Program-made: the position numbers and the translations under genes
The notes under the pieces: model-generated
Told to the model about the DNA's origin: nothing
Databases searched by the model: none
Seen by the model: only the letters and a program-made list of their open reading frames with translations
Source of the DNA: the human T2T-CHM13v2.0 reference genome, Homo sapiens
Strand: one strand, 5' to 3'
DNA: 64,000 nucleotides
NCBI RefSeq assembly: GCF_009914755.1
Contig: NC_060939.1
In this document: positions 15,962 through 31,787 of the stretch, in pieces
Layout of the letters: each line of letters starts with the position of its first letter
Numbering within the stretch: position 1 is the first letter of the stretch

Positions 15962-16508
15962 TGTTATAGTTAAAAAGTCCCCCAATTCTTTGACCTTGCT
16001 TCCAAAGGTGGAGCCCATTTCCCCTCCTGCTGAGCGTGGGCCACACTTAGCGACTGGCTTTCAATGAAGAGAATGTAACAGAGGTGAAAGTGTGTGACAT
16101 TCGAGGAAAGGCCGTAAAAGACATTGGTGCTTCAGCTTTGCTCTCGCGGCTGTCTGACTCTGGGGGAAGCCAGCCACCACGTCATGAGGACACCCAAACA
16201 GCCTACGGAGAGGCCCACGTAGGGAGGAGCTGAGGCCCCCTGCCAGCAAGCAGCCCTAGCCCGCCAGCTGTGTGAGTGAGCGAGCCTTTTTGGAAGTGCA
16301 TCCTCCCGTCCCAGTCCAGCCCTCAGATGGCTGCAGCCCTGCTAGCATCTTGACTGCCGCCTCATGAGGGACCTCAAGCCAGAACCAACAGCCACGTGGT
16401 GCCAGAATTCCTCATCTGCAGCAGCCGTGTGAGATCATAACTGTTTATTGCCTTTTTAAGCCACTGAGTTTTGGGGTCGTTTGTTACTCAGCAGTAGATG
16501 ATTAATAT
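15962..16508 (+). mobile_element. MLT1F-like MaLR LTR nested in an older MLT1 (~15640-16735)
   Basis: ggggaagccagccaccacgtcatgagg...ttttaagccactgagttttggggtcgtttgtta. Confidence 0.8.
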
Positions 16509-17280
16509 GCTGTCATGCAGCTGTCTTGGAACCAGGAGGGGCAAGACTGAGGGCAGAAGCCACTGTGGTGAAACTGGCAGAGACATGGAATCTGGATTCC
16601 TGGTGATGTGAGCTAGTGAGCTGCCCAGCCAACCCTGGGTTGCCTATTTTGGGACTTTTTGTTACATGAGCTGATAAGAACCCTTAATTCATTGTTAGTC
16701 TGGGGTTCCATTATTTGTAAACAGCTTTTTACTGCCTCAGCCTTGGGGAGATACGTGATCCTTCCAATCACATTTCATGGCTAGCAGAGGTCACATGGTC
16801 TCCACCCACAGTCACATTGGGATGGAGAGGAGGGAGAGAGGGCCCTGCTAAGGGGCTTAAATGCTGCACGTACATTTGCATGTTGAGATTTAATAGAGGC
16901 CTTCTGGAGACACAATGCTTCCTCCCAGGGAGGGCCTAATTGCAGAAAGTCGGGCACTGTGATGGGCCTGGGGGCTCTTGTGACCCTGGGTAGGCGATTG
17001 TCTGTGTGACAGTTGAAGTGATGGTATGTTAATAGCTTCTCGATGAAAGGCTCAATCTCAAGGGGTTCATGTTTCTCAGCAGCCAAGACAGCGGGTTTCT
17101 GCAGCAGGTGGTTCACAAACGGCATCCTATCAGCATGGCCCCAAAGTAACTGAAAGCTGCTCAGACTGTCCCGCCCTCCCCAATGCCCCCCACCTAGGTG
17201 AATTCCAAAGGAGGAGGAACCAATGGGTCTGTGATGGATATTACCCTTCCCCATTAACTCTACAAGTTAGTTTTCTTCTT

Positions 17281-17624
<344 letters not shown>

Positions 17625-19497
17625 TAGGCACAGTCACACCACAAAGGCAGCAGTGTGGAGTTCCTGGCAGAACTGCCAGAGGTTCAAGGGTTCTCAAGAG
17701 GGTATCCCAAGCACACAGATCTAGGGAGGGATCTGTGACATCAAGCCTCTGGGGGAAGGGCCTGGGGTCAGCATTTTCCTATACACTCTCCAGGTTATCC
17801 CGACCCACTTTGCATGTTTGAGAGCCACTCAATGATCCTGTCTGTCCCCTAGGACAGCTGTCGCTGTAGGCAGGGCAGTGAGAATGACCCATATGGGGAG
17901 CTAAGGAAGCAGAGGCACAGTCCTGCCAGCACCCGAGGACAGGGTCGGGGCTGGAATCTGATTACCTGTCTCTTTTCACTGTCTGTAGTGTTGTTTCTCA
18001 CCCTCCTAGAAGGGGGCAGGAGAGAAGGGACCCCAGGAAACCCAGGATCAAGGAGGGTTCATAATTGGGGGAAGCAGGAGCCCTCACTCATTCCATTCAT
18101 GGCTGTCAGCTCCCTGCTGTCCCCTAGCCCATATTCCTGGTTCTGGGAATATAAACAGAAAATGAAAAGCGTTTGTATAACACTTCATATGTACCTGCAC
18201 AATGCCTTAAGCACTTTACATCTACAAACTCAATGAATGCTCACAATTACCCTATGAGATAGGCACTATTATTATCCCCACTTTACAGATGAGGAAACTG
18301 AGGCACACAGTAAACACTGAAAGTCCATCCAGATTCTCAGCCCCTAAAGCTGCTGAGTGGGCATTCCCTTGGGATACTTCCAGTTCAAGCCCTTTATTTT
18401 ATAGAGAGAAACCGCTCGGTGAGAGAAGGGCCATTCTGAATCATACACGTCCATGGCAGGGCTGGGCCAGGTCCCGGGTTCTGGCCACTGGGCCATGCTG
18501 CCTACCTCAGAAAGGGGTGCTTCTGGGCTCTTGCGACCACAGGGCTCATTACCGATGCTGCAAATTGAATGAAATAGCTGCTCAGTTACATATTAATAAC
18601 AGATTTGTTTGTCATTAAGGCAGCATTGTTTAATAAAATTAGTTTAGCTGAGCGTAATTACCTTCATATAAAATTCCCCCTTAAAAATTACTTTGATAGA
18701 TGTAAGCCAGTTAGGTGGTGTAAAGACTGGGGTGTGTGGGGTTTGGCTCTGAGCTTTGGTTGGGTCCTTAAAGTGACATTCCCGGGTTGGGAATTCAATT
18801 GCCAAAGACCTTGGGTTATCCCTCTGTGGACCACTTGAAGGCCCAGTGGAGAACACGTAACTCAGCCTCTCCAAGGCAAAACTGCAGACAGCCTTGGATG
18901 GTCCCTTTTGCTAAACTCAAAATAGTGTTCCTCCTACCGAGGCCCTGCGTTCTCTTGCCACCCTGCCAGCTTTTCACATTCCCTCCTTAACTCTGGGGCT
19001 TTCAAGTCATTTCTCTGCTTGTAGACTTTCAACAGCTCCTGATTGCCCATAAGCTATGATTGCGAATCTTGATCTTATTATTCAAGGCCCTGCAAATCTG
19101 GCCTCATGGTAATTTAGCGAAAATGATAACCAAATTGGGGATCAGGAGACTGAGGTCTTAGACCGAACTCTGGCCCCAGCTCATGCTGGATGTTCTCAGA
19201 CAAGCAGCCTTACCTTTTTAGGCTCCCTTTTACTTATCTGTAAAATGGGAAGCATAATATTTTCCTTCCTAGGCGGTAGTGGGGCACTCAGGAGATCATG
19301 GCTTTGGTGCTTTATAAATCGCAGACCCCCATCCAGGCCCCACTCCCACTCTCTCCACCTCCTCAGCAGCCGTCTGCATTCTCAGCCTGGCCACTCAGCC
19401 TACAGTGACTCGGAATTGACTCTGGGTCCACCTTATTGCTGGGACCACACAGCCCTTTCTGGAACATCTGTCCTGCTCCTTTCTGATTAGTTGGCTT

Positions 19498-19780
<283 letters not shown>

Positions 19781-20442
19781 TTGGCTTGGTTTTGAAGGTC
19801 CAATCAATACCTTCTCTCCTGTCAGCCTCCCCTGACTGCTCTTCAGGCTCCGAGCCTTCTCCCTGTCGGTCCCCTGAGCTTGCCTCTGAGAATATGTCCC
19901 CAGACAGGGGTGGGGAGGAGTGTATGGAAATCACACCCTACATGGTTAACTTCCAGGACTGTCTTTCTGCTTTTACAATTGGATTCTAGTTTTATGTCAT
20001 TGTTTCTTTAAACAACTCTCCGTGAAAATCTGCTCTAGAATCAAAAGATGCTTGTGCCTGCCCTGGATGGAATCTCAGAGATTAGCAGGCCCAACCTCCT
20101 CTTTTACAGATGGAGAAATGGAGTCACAAAGCCACTGAGTAGCAGTGCCAGGTCTGGATCTCCCATCTCCTCACTTCCAGGCTGGAGCTTATCCCCAGCC
20201 TGTGTTTTCCATTGATTTCTGCTTTGCTGCAACCCCCGTTGGCCCTTCCTGAGACTGTTGGTCATTTCCTGAACAATACTCTGTTTTTACCAGATGCCTG
20301 AATTTCAGCCCCGAGGAGGTGGTTAAGGGGAGTTATTCAAGCAGAAAAGCTCAGGTTAGATCCATACATCTTTGCTGCACAACTTATAGTCCCAGTCCCC
20401 AAATGGCCCTGAAGGAAGCCAGTGGAAGGAAAGAATGCTGAG

Positions 20443-20544
20443 TAGGGCGTAGTGCTGTATAACTCCAGGGGACGCCATTCACAGACTGCAACACCTCTGG
20501 CATTGCACAGTGTACAGCCTGCACAGCTGTACGCTGTGCCCTGG
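20443..20544. mobile_element. MER91-like hAT-Tip100 fragment
   Basis: aactccaggggacgccattcac...tgcacagtgtacagcctgcacagctgta. Confidence 0.6.
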
Positions 20545-23500
20545 AGCTGAGGATCAGGAAAGACCTAGGCAGGCATGTAGGAAAAGAATCCAGCTTAAAC
20601 TGCAGGGAGGTGGCTGAGACACAGAAGGAAGTGGGGCAGACACTCAGGTGGCAGAGGACAGCCCCTTGTCATAGAAACCTCTGGATCCATCTGGCTTGTC
20701 ATGAAGAACAGCTGGGTCTTCAGGCCTCAGTTTTCTCATTTGTAAAATGGTGAAAACAACCTGTACTTCATAAATGCATGTAATAAGAAAATAAATGTCA
20801 ATGTGCTTCAAAAGTAGAAAGTGAAATCCGAAAGCTGGGGTGATGTTAAAGCAATGACTGGATGTCAGAGCACAGGGTGTCTGGGAATGGGGAGCCTCAA
20901 GGAGCCCCTCCCCTCTGTTCCAGCCCGAAGCCCTGGCTGATGGCCTGGGAGGAGAAGACCCCGTTTATGGGTGGAATTCCAGCATCCACCCAGGAAGCCA
21001 GAGCTTTGGTGACAGCGGTGTGTTGAGTGTTGTGGGGGTGGCGGGAACACTGGCCTTGCTTCCTCTGCAGAGAGAAGGGAGGACATGCCCCATTTCCCTC
21101 AGTTTACCCTGATGCTTTCACATTCCCAAGACTCATACTGCCAGGGTGGCCCCTCCTGAAAGGCTTCATCAGTCACCCAGCCAGTGGGCTTGGGCAGGGG
21201 AGGGGGCTCAGAGACAGCAGCACACACAGACTGGAAAGTTCTAAAATGCGCCTCCTGAGCACTGGCCCCCTCCTCGGTCCCCCAGCTCCCTCTAAAGCCC
21301 CTTTTGAAGGGGACCTCGGAGCTCTAATGAGTTGAGAGCTTTTATGGGAGCCCAGGCAAACCAATTAGGTTTGCTTAAAAATATTGTATTCATTAGCATG
21401 AAAATAAAGCTGAACTTTTTAGAGATAATTGCATCTTTTAAAATGTGGTAGTCTTTGTCTGGGCTTGTCTCATAAATATGCATGCTGCATAATCCTTTTG
21501 GAACCATGGTCGCAATCATGAGTAACACACAAATGCATCCAGGGTGTTAATATTCTGACAAGAGTGGGGCCTCTCGGGCAGGGGGTGCCACCGGCGGCGG
21601 CCTCCAGAGGCGTCCCTGTAATCCCCAGCTGCAGCCTGCACAGCTCACGGGAACAGAGCCCAGTCCGGGCTCCCTGATACCATAGACCAGGGCTCCAGTT
21701 CTAAATCGCTCCCTTTTATGCCGCTGCCTCCAAGGGTGGGCTGGAGGATTCTGAGGCTTTGCTCAAAATGCCAGGAATGGTGGCACAGAGGTCGAGCTCG
21801 ATTTACAGCTGGGGAAATGGAAGCCCCGGGGGGTTAAGTGGGTTGCCAAGGTCACCCCGCATGGATAGGGCCAAGATGAAGCCCGGTTTGCCATGGCAGA
21901 CTGATGCTTGTTATCTGAAGTCAGGCAAGGGCCCCTGCCAGGGAAAGGACTGCGTTTACATTTAGCAGGGAAGGGATGCATTCCAGCTTGGTTAGCCTGG
22001 GTGGTTGGGGGAAGGGTTGGCATCTCTAGCCCCACCCACTGCCTTTCTATCAGCTAACCTCTAAGCCTCCCCAAATAACATGCCATCTAAGTTTAAGGAG
22101 TGAGCTTGCTACATCGGTGCAGCTTCAAGACAAGTCCTCAGTTCCACTTTTCCAACCAATAATGCCCCTCAGCCCTTCTGGGTAGAGATTCCTCAACTAC
22201 CACTGGTCCCTGTCCTACTGGGCTTCTTTAATTTCCTCCTACCCCACTTCCTCCCAAATGCAAAAGCTTTATAAGATTAATATCCCCCTTCTTGATGGAA
22301 CACTAGGACTGGCCCCCAGGGAAAACTATGAGCTTAGTGAAGTTTCTTTTCAGCAAACATTTTCTAAGTGCCTGCTCTGTTCAGGGCCCCAGCTAAGCCT
22401 TATGGGGCTACAGAGACTGTAAGACCAGGCACCTGCCTGCCCAAGCTCACCATCTATGGGAGGTGGGCACATTTGTCACTACTGCTGATAGAAGGCAGGC
22501 TGCTGCTTAGGCCTGAGCCCCGGGCTCCTTCCAAAGGCATGCTGTGGGGGTGTGGGGAGGGAACACATCAGTTGGGTGGGGGAAGGCTGACTGGGGCCAG
22601 GGCAGCTGCCTTTTGAAGAATGAGTGGGATTTGGGCAGGCTTTGGGGGACACCTTGAACAGAGGAAGGTGTAGGGTTTGGGGTGTGTTTGACAATATCTG
22701 AGCCTAATTTTTCTTTGCCACTTTCTCATCTCCCTCCCGAGACTCATCTGTCCTGTGGCCAGGTTCTTAGCTGTCCCCTGGCTTCTCCTGCCTAATAGCT
22801 TCTCAGGCTATGGCCAGACCTGCCAGGACTCCAGAGTTACCTTTCCTTCCAAATAGGAAACTGTCCAAATGTCACCTGTGCCTGATGGGTTGAGAAAGTG
22901 TGTCATATTTATTTGTAGCCTATCCACTTCTGTCAAAAAACTTATTACACTGAACCACATGAAACTGCCCATATTCAGCCATTTTGGAATAAAATGGTGA
23001 TTGTAGCTTCTATGGAATGCTTTTTGTGTTAGGTGCGGTATATGCATTATCTCATTTAATCAACAGGGAAAACCTATGAGGGAGATAGTGTGACTGCCTC
23101 TCCCATTGTACAGACTGGAAAACTGAGGCATAAAGAATTTAACTTTCCCTGGTCTTGTGGAGTGAGGCGTCCTGCCTAGGCTGCCTGGGCCACATGGAAG
23201 TACAATGAGACAAAAGGCACAGTGGGATGGAACCTCAAAATGCAGAAGAAAGATGAAAATCCGGAGAGGTAGCTTGGAGTAGAAAATTGCATCCAGTGAC
23301 CGACTGAGGGACATTTTGGTTGCTGAAGGCAAAATATGGTTCTGAGTGTCCTAACAGAGGAGGCAATTGGTGGTGGTGGGCGGGGAGGTGGGGTGGGGGC
23401 ATGGATCAGGGAGCAGGCTCGTTGTGTTCTCCCTGACTGTAGGGAAGAGCCTGCCTGTGCAGTGGGACTGCTCCCAGGAGAGGTCTTTAAGGTGCCGTTT

Positions 23501-23941
23501 CCCTAAGAGGCATGATGAATAGCGTAAGGTACACATCATTGGCCCCAGTTTTTAGAGAAAGAGCAGAGGTTATATTGGTGAAGGGCAAACCATAGTGTTA
23601 AGGTCGGAGATTGGGGGAAACATTTCTGTTTAGAGGAAGGACACCAAAGGCTTGATCCCCAGAACGCAACTTCCTGGTGATCTGAGTTAACGTAGGGATA
23701 TAAGCTGGAGGACCGAGGAAAGGCTTGAAGTGGAAAGTACTTGTTCTATTGTCAGATCTGAGTTTCAATCCCTGCTCTGTAACACATTTGGTGGGTGGCC
23801 CTAGGCCAGTTAATTATGTCATTTCATACCAAGGTTAAGTGACTCTAGAGCCCTTTTCCTTCCATACTTAAATATTCCAGAAGAATTCATATTGTAATAA
23901 TAGGACTTTTTTAAACACTGAAATTGATTTCTAATTTGTGA

Positions 23942-24452
<511 letters not shown>

Positions 24453-25206
24453 ATCATGAACGTCTTTCTATGACCATATTTACAACACTGCCTCATGTTT
24501 TCTAATGACAACACAGCATTTCATGACGTGGATATATCTGATTTTTTAAAGCAATATATGTATTTTTCTGCATTTAAAAGAATTTTGTACCAACAGTTCT
24601 GTAATGATCAACATGGTACATATATAATAATTGAAAATATTGCCACAAATAACATTTTATATGATAGCATTATGTATATATATATTTTATAGTATTTGTA
24701 GAATTTAGAAGAATTGGTGCATTAAATTTATGTGCATTTAGCACGTTGATTACTCTAAAAACAAAAAAAAAGGAAAAACTGGTTTATATTTCTAACAACA
24801 GTTTTGAGGATATTTATTTCCCCAAATCCTCTACCCAAGGCTATCTACCACGTACCCATTTTTCTGCATGTTGAATCTTCTTATTAATTTCCAGGTACTC
24901 TTTGTATATTACAGATATTAACTTTTCATCAGCTATATGTGATGGTACAACTATTTTCTCTGTTCTGTCACTTTATCTTCATTTATAGATTATTTTGCCA
25001 TGCAAAAACTTTACACTTTTATGCAATTAAATCTGTAATTCTTTTCTTTTATGGCTTCTGGGTTTAATGCCTTGAATAGAAGGCATATTCCTCTCCAAGA
25101 TTATATATAAAAAAATCTTTCCTCATACTTTTCTTCAGCTTAAAAAAAATCATTGAAAATACTTTTTTTTTTTTTGTGGGGAGGGGGATGAGATGGTGAA
25201 AGTAGT

Positions 25207-25582
25207 GTGTGGTTAGTGTCCTCTTCACCAGATATTTCTGGTTTTCTTCACTTTGTAGCATGTGGTAGGATTCACATCTTGTGCTCCTTGCGGTTGGGTG
25301 GGGCCGTGAGACTAGTTCTAGCCAGAGTTGTGAGCAGAAGTGATGGGGCTTTTCAAGAACAGGCAGTTGAATGTGGATTCAGGACTTTCTGGTCTGTGTC
25401 TAGACCTTCTCTGGCAGTGTTTGAGATGGTGGCTTCTCCGTCAGCCTGGCTCCTGTGTGATTTCAATGACCAATCTCAATGAACATGTATCCTGAGCCAG
25501 AAATCAGCTTTCACTGCGGTGAGTCACTGAGACTGGGGGGATGTTTTACCACAGCATAGTGTAGCCTATCTTGGCTGATACC
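25207..25582 (+). mobile_element. MLT1 (H/I-like) LTR
   Basis: gagactagttctagccagagttgtgagcagaagtga...acagcatagtgtagcctatcttggctgata. Confidence 0.7.
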
Positions 25583-28291
25583 AGAAGGGATCTAACTTTT
25601 GCTTTTTCCCATATAGATGGCAGGTTATTGACTTTCCTTTTTTTAAGCAGCCCATCTTTCCCTGCTGATATAAAATGCCATGTTTATCATGTCCCCAGTT
25701 CTCATAAATACACAGGAATATATATCTGAACTCTTTATTCCATCAACCAGTTACCTATTCTACTTTAATACTAATTGATGAAGCTTTATGACATATTTTC
25801 ATATTTAGCAGAGCATGTTTCAAGCTTATCTTGTTTATCCTTATGAACTTACTCTTCAGACAAACTTTAGAACTAGTTTTTCAAGTTTCATAAAACCTCA
25901 TTAGGATATGGGTGGGAATTACATTGAATTTCTATATTAATTGGAGACTTTCTGTCTTTACATAGCAAATCTTCCTCTTATTTAATTTCATATGTTAATT
26001 AATCCTCTTATACTGCTCAGAAAAATTTTTCTGAGCTCCTACTGTACACCAAGCATTTTTCTAGCACCAAGGATAAAAGATACAATCCATGCCACCTGGT
26101 GCTCACATCTAGGGGGAGATGGACAAGACCATTGACAGTGGTCCTGAGGGAGGAGGCAGACAGCGCTGTGGGAACCCAATGACAGGATGCAGCAAAGCTC
26201 GGTCTGACAGTCTGAAGACAAGTTGCCCAGGTTGACAGGCAGGCAAAGGCCCCTTTGGGCCATACCAAGCAGCTGGAAGTGCGTGACTAAGAATTCCAGG
26301 GGGGGACATGGCAGGAGAGGAGGAGGAAGGTAGGGGCCGGTTCATGGACTTGATCTCCAGAACAACAGGGCGCTGCTGAAGGGTTTTAACTGATCCTGAC
26401 ACCATAGCCTTAGTGTAGCATATATCTGGGGTACGATCTGCCAGTTTAACTGGGAAGAAGAACCCTGTAATTACCATATTTAATCAATTAACCAATTTGG
26501 AGCATAAACCAAGTCAAAGGATATCAAATCAAATGGTTAAGAAAAAAAGGACTGAAGTCTAGAAACTAACATTTATTGAGTGCCTACTGTGTGCCAAGAA
26601 TTTTTATAGGGTAGTGTTCATGTTGTCAGTGTATTGTCAGATATTTTTACATAATATAAAACCTCAGAATAACCCCGTTGTGCAGGTATGATTTCTACTT
26701 ATAGATGAGAGAAATGAGGTTCAGAGGGTTTTAGGTGATTTGCCCCAAGTCCAAAAGCTACTTAGAGGCAGAGCTGGGATTGTGCTGCAGATTTTGTGTT
26801 TCCAAATCTGGGAGTCTTTCTGCCTCTCTACAGCTGTGTGTCCTTATAAAAAGGATATAGTTCCCAGCCTGGGGAAGAGAGGGAAGGCTCGTTCTTGGCC
26901 AAGTTTCATTTAATTTTCCATCAGTAGGTGTCAACTGTGAACTAGTCAGAAATGCTAAAATAACAGCTTAAAAACATAGGAACAGAAATGGAAATGTAAT
27001 TTTAGCGTGCTTTACCAGCCCCTCCTGAAGATAAGTGCTGCTTATGGAGTATCTGTTACAGAAATGTAACACTTAAGGACTAAACTCACAGGAGTTGCTG
27101 GCGATGTGCAATTTAGCAACTTGGGCTGTTAAAGAAGGGAGGAAAAAAAAAAAGAACCAACTCCACAAGCAGAAAATTGAAAACAAAAGGAAATGGAGAA
27201 AAAAAGCAACATAGCATTTCTGCCTCTGGTTGTAGTTCCTCCTAATGGCCTGGGAAATAGCTTGTTGGATAAAAAAGGCTTGCCTAGGAGAAACATTAAC
27301 TCAGAGATGGCGCACTTGATAGAAGGGAGGCTGGATTTAGCCAATCAGGCATCAAGGCCTTTGACTGGTAAATTAGCAAGTACCTTTCAGCCCCTGTGAT
27401 TACCCAGGTGTGGAGCCAGGCCCAGTGGGACTCCAGGATGAGGGACAGTGGCTGGCATTCTTCCCTCAAGGGATTTGCTGCTTGAATTGGGGTGCAACAT
27501 CTCCTGGAAGCGATGAACTGATAATGCAAATACAGGACAAGAAACAGGGACGTGTGCAACAGGGACCTCACACTGCTGCTGACGGAGGGAGGGGTACAGC
27601 TCTAGCGTGGGAGGGCGCGGGAAGGTGACTTGGAGAGGGAGCGTGGGGCCACAGCTTAGGAGTGAGGATTGGCATTCCAGTCTCAGCTCTCACCCTAATT
27701 TATGGTGTGAATTGGGACAAACCATTTCACCTTTCTGAGTCTCGGGTTCTTCACACGTGGAACAGTGGAAGCTTTATCAGAAGGTTTCTAAGGCCTTTCC
27801 AGGCTCTGACACCTATGATTTTATGAATTAGAATTTGCATTAAGGTTCTTCAGTCGCCAGTGACAGAAATCCAGTTGCAACCAGTTTAATTTTAAAAGTG
27901 GCATTTATTGGTTTAGGTAATTGTGAAGCCCAGAGGTAATTCTAGGTTCAGGCATGGCTGGGTCCAGGGCCTCCCAAAGGATTCCTTGAGCTGTCTCCCC
28001 TGGTTCTGCCTTCTTCTCTCTGTGCTTGCCTATCATTCCATTGTAAAGGGATAATCTTATTTAATAGTTCCAGTGGACTAGCCCCTAGGAGCTCAGCCCC
28101 ATCCAAACCACAAGGGATAGATTTCTTCCAGAAGAGAAGGCCTCAGGCACCAGCTGAAAGGGGACAGGATTGATTTCAGGCAAAAATGACAGATGCTCTC
28201 CATATGGCCCTTGAATATATTTCAGGTCAGATAGAACAAGTAGGGGAGGGGAGGAGCATTCCAAGATCTACAGGATCAGAGTTGTGCCTTA

Positions 28292-28895
28292 GGCCTGGTC
28301 AGAACATTTGTGGGGCCCAGGGTAAGAGTACAAATGGAGGCCACAGACCATATGTCTCAATATTAAAAAGCCGTAACTCACACTAACAATCTGTTAAATA
28401 GCATAGGTTTATCTGCTTATCTGGACACATTTGCCTTCATAATGACCTGGAAGGTGGGTTTCAATTTAGAATTTTCAGAATCCTTGGAATTTTGCACCAG
28501 CATGAGATGGAGCAGAGAGAGGCTGCAGCGCATCCCTTCTCTTCCCACCCCTGACTGCATCCACACCGTGTGGACACCTCAGCCCACATCCAAGCACTGA
28601 ACACAGTTCCAGTAAACAGCTGGCCAGGGTGTGCATGGGAACCCTCTGTTCACCCTCAGCAGGGCCAGCCGGGAGGAGGTTGATGAGGGCTCTGGGAGGG
28701 GGCTGGGTCCAGCTGAGCAGTGAATCCCAGATACTGGAGCATGGTCTTCGGGTGAGGGGGTCAGTAGACTTTGGGTTTAGCCCTACAGATGCTTGTTGCA
28801 AGGTGAGGGGCACGGCTAGAGGGGGGGTCAGAATGGGGCTATTTATAGACTGGGTCCAGAGCAGGAGCCCGCTTGCCTGAGTGAGCATGGCCCAG
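28292..28895. mobile_element. MER115-like hAT-Tip100 element
   Basis: ggggcccagggtaagagtacaaatggaggcc...cttcataatgacctggaagg matches recalled consensus. Confidence 0.55.
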
Positions 28896-29429
28896 GTGGT
28901 GTCACAAAGAAGAGGGCTGGGAAATAAAACTGAAAAATAACGTTTGGGCTTAAATGAAGGAGAAATTGGACTTTAGGCTATGAGACTGGACTTGTTCCTA
29001 TGGGCAATGAGAAGCCTTGAGGGGCGGGTCTCAGCAGGTGACTGTACCCATGTCCAGAGTGGCCCCCATGGTCCTGCATTTGGGACTGCTGCCCTCCCTC
29101 ATGCCCTCTGGTACTTACAGGAGCTCCTTGGAATTAGGGCTTTTTGAGATTTAGCTTTGATGTGAGGGCAAGTCTTTCAGGGGAACCTTTCCCTGGATTC
29201 CAACTCCTGCCTCACACTCTTCCTCTCAGAGCCGCTTGGGTTCCCTTCATCACAGAGCATCATATAGTCCTGCAGTGGCTGGCTCAGTGCTGCCTCCCGT
29301 GAGCCGATCTCATTCCTCTAGTGTAGGGACTTCTACAATCAGGTCCCCCAAAAGTGTTGTTGGAAGGAAGGGGATTAATGCACGTGATTAACCCAAAGGA
29401 GGTGAGGTTAGGAGAAAGCTTTTGTAGAC

Positions 29430-30345
29430 AGTATTTTGCTTACTTAAGCCCTCAGCGATGTCTCTCCTTCAAAAATATACCTAGAACTCGACCCCTTCCA
29501 CCAGCTCTATGGTGACCGGCCTGGGCCAGCAGCTGCTGTTACTGCTGACCTGGACAACTGCTGGCCTCTCCTTAGTGCTTCCCTCCCCGCAGTCTATTTC
29601 CAACCAGCAGCCTGTTAAACGTGAGAGTGCATCATCTGCGACCGCCTTCATCTCACTCAGAGTAAATGCCGAAGTTCTCGCCAAGGTCTGCAAGGAGCTA
29701 ATGAACAGCCAGATCTCCTGGGGACCTTGAAAAATGCAGATTCCCATTCAGAAGCCCTGGGGTGGGCCTGAGAATGTGCATTTCTAACAAGCCTCCGGGT
29801 GCTGTGGGGTTGCGGGGGGTGGGGGCACGCTGTGAGTGGTGAGACGGTGAGACCCTGCAGGATGTTCACTGTCCCCCTCTTCTGACCTTATCTACCACCC
29901 TCACCCTCATGGTAGGGTGACCAGCTGTCCCTGTTTGCCTGGGGAGTGTCTTGGTTTTAACACTGAAGGTCCCATATCCCGGGAATCCCCTCAGTCCCAG
30001 GCATACTATTGCTGTCCCCTGCTCTGTGCCTCCGCTCAGCCTCACTTCCTTCAGGTCCTTTCCTGCCTCTCGGGGGGACTTGTATTCACCGCTGCCTCTT
30101 GCCCACGCTGATGTTCTCTACTCCTCTGCCCTGCTTAATTTTTCTCCTTAGCAGTTATCACCCACTAGCATACTATCTATTTTATGCATTTATCTTATTT
30201 GTTGTCTGTTTCTGTCCACCGGACAGTAAGCTCCACAAGAAGTGGAATATTTTCTCCCCTTTGTCACTGAAGGACTCCGGTGCCTACAACACTGCCAGGC
30301 ATGTGGTGAAGGCTCAGGAAAGATGGTTGCATGATGAACTGAATG
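29430..30345 (+). mobile_element. L2 3' region with nested MER5 and MER81
   Basis: L2 3' end (gtaagctccacaag...gcctacaacactgccaggcatg). Confidence 0.65.
29913..30006. mobile_element. MER81 (hAT-Blackjack)
   Basis: tagggtgaccagctgtccctgtttgcctgggg terminus. Confidence 0.75.
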
Positions 30346-31487
30346 CTCCAAACCAGGGCTTCTCAGACTTCAGTGTGCACCTGGAGACTGTTAAACTGCA
30401 GATTCTGATTCAGGGGTCTGGAGTAGGGCCTGAGAATCTGCATTTATTCCACAGATGGAGGCTCTACTTGGTGGTCCGTTTTCTTCTCCTCATTTATCCC
30501 CTCCCCTCCCTGGGAAGGAGGCAAGTTTGGACTTGGAGATGGGGCAGGGGCTCCTTAGAAGTGTGAGGAGCAGGTGGGCCATCTAGTCCCTGTGAGGAGG
30601 GGCATTCAGCACTGGTGTAGCTGGGTGGACAACCAGCTGGCCCGTCAGACTGACGGACTCAAAGATGAAAATGGCCAGGACCAAACTTTCCCTGTTCTGT
30701 GCTGGCTTTCAGAAAGAGCTGCCCCCTCCCACTTCGCTTCATGGTCCCTACAGCTGGTTCCAACAAGCAAAAGATTTCTCTCCAGAGCCGGGCTCTGTTT
30801 GGCCTTGCACCTGCTGCCGGCAGCTGTTGCCGGGGCTCCCGTTAATGGCACAAATGGAGCCTCTAATGGATGGGACCTAAGCCCTGGCTGGCAGCGGGGC
30901 TGGGAGGATGTGGGCTGTGTAGACGGATGGGAATTCTGCCAATGACTGGGATCCAGGCCGTGCTGTCAGTCAGATGAACGGCCAGACAGTGGCTAGCCAG
31001 ACCCCTAGACAGCCACACAACCAACTCAGAAGACTTCACCCTTAACAGGCAGCTTTGGGGGACTCGGGGAAGTGTGGACAGGCTCTCAGCCCTCTGGGAG
31101 TTCACGTTTTAGTGGAGGTGAGAACACTTTGAGGTAGAAAAGACTTGAAGACGGAGCCAAGGACCCTGGGTAAAAACCTGGGCCCAAGTTGTGTGTGTGG
31201 AACCCACCAGAAGAACTGCAGGAATTCTGATAAACTGGAATATGTCTTTTCTCCTAAAGATTTTGATTAACTCTAATAGAGTGTTTTAAATTTAAAACTG
31301 AGATGCTGTCTGTCAACAAATAATGTACGTACTCATGAGAAAATTGTGACATGTAAAAGCTTTTTAATTTATGGAAGCAGAATAAAATCATGAGTGGCAC
31401 TCACTGGCCATTATCTACTATTGCTAAAACTGCTTAAGGATTATAAGGGCTTGCGTTTGCTTGTGTTGCTAATTTTTGGATTTCTAG

Positions 31488-31787
<300 letters not shown>

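Noticed and set aside
23366-23400. G-quadruplex-like G runs (also ~29805 and ~63845)
   Set aside because: Common at this GC content; no functional context
27295-27315. AGATGGCGC CTCF-like core
   Set aside because: 5' half of the motif does not match
30009-30566. 185-aa hydrophobic ORF
   Set aside because: Chance frame across L2/MER5 remnants; non-ATG start
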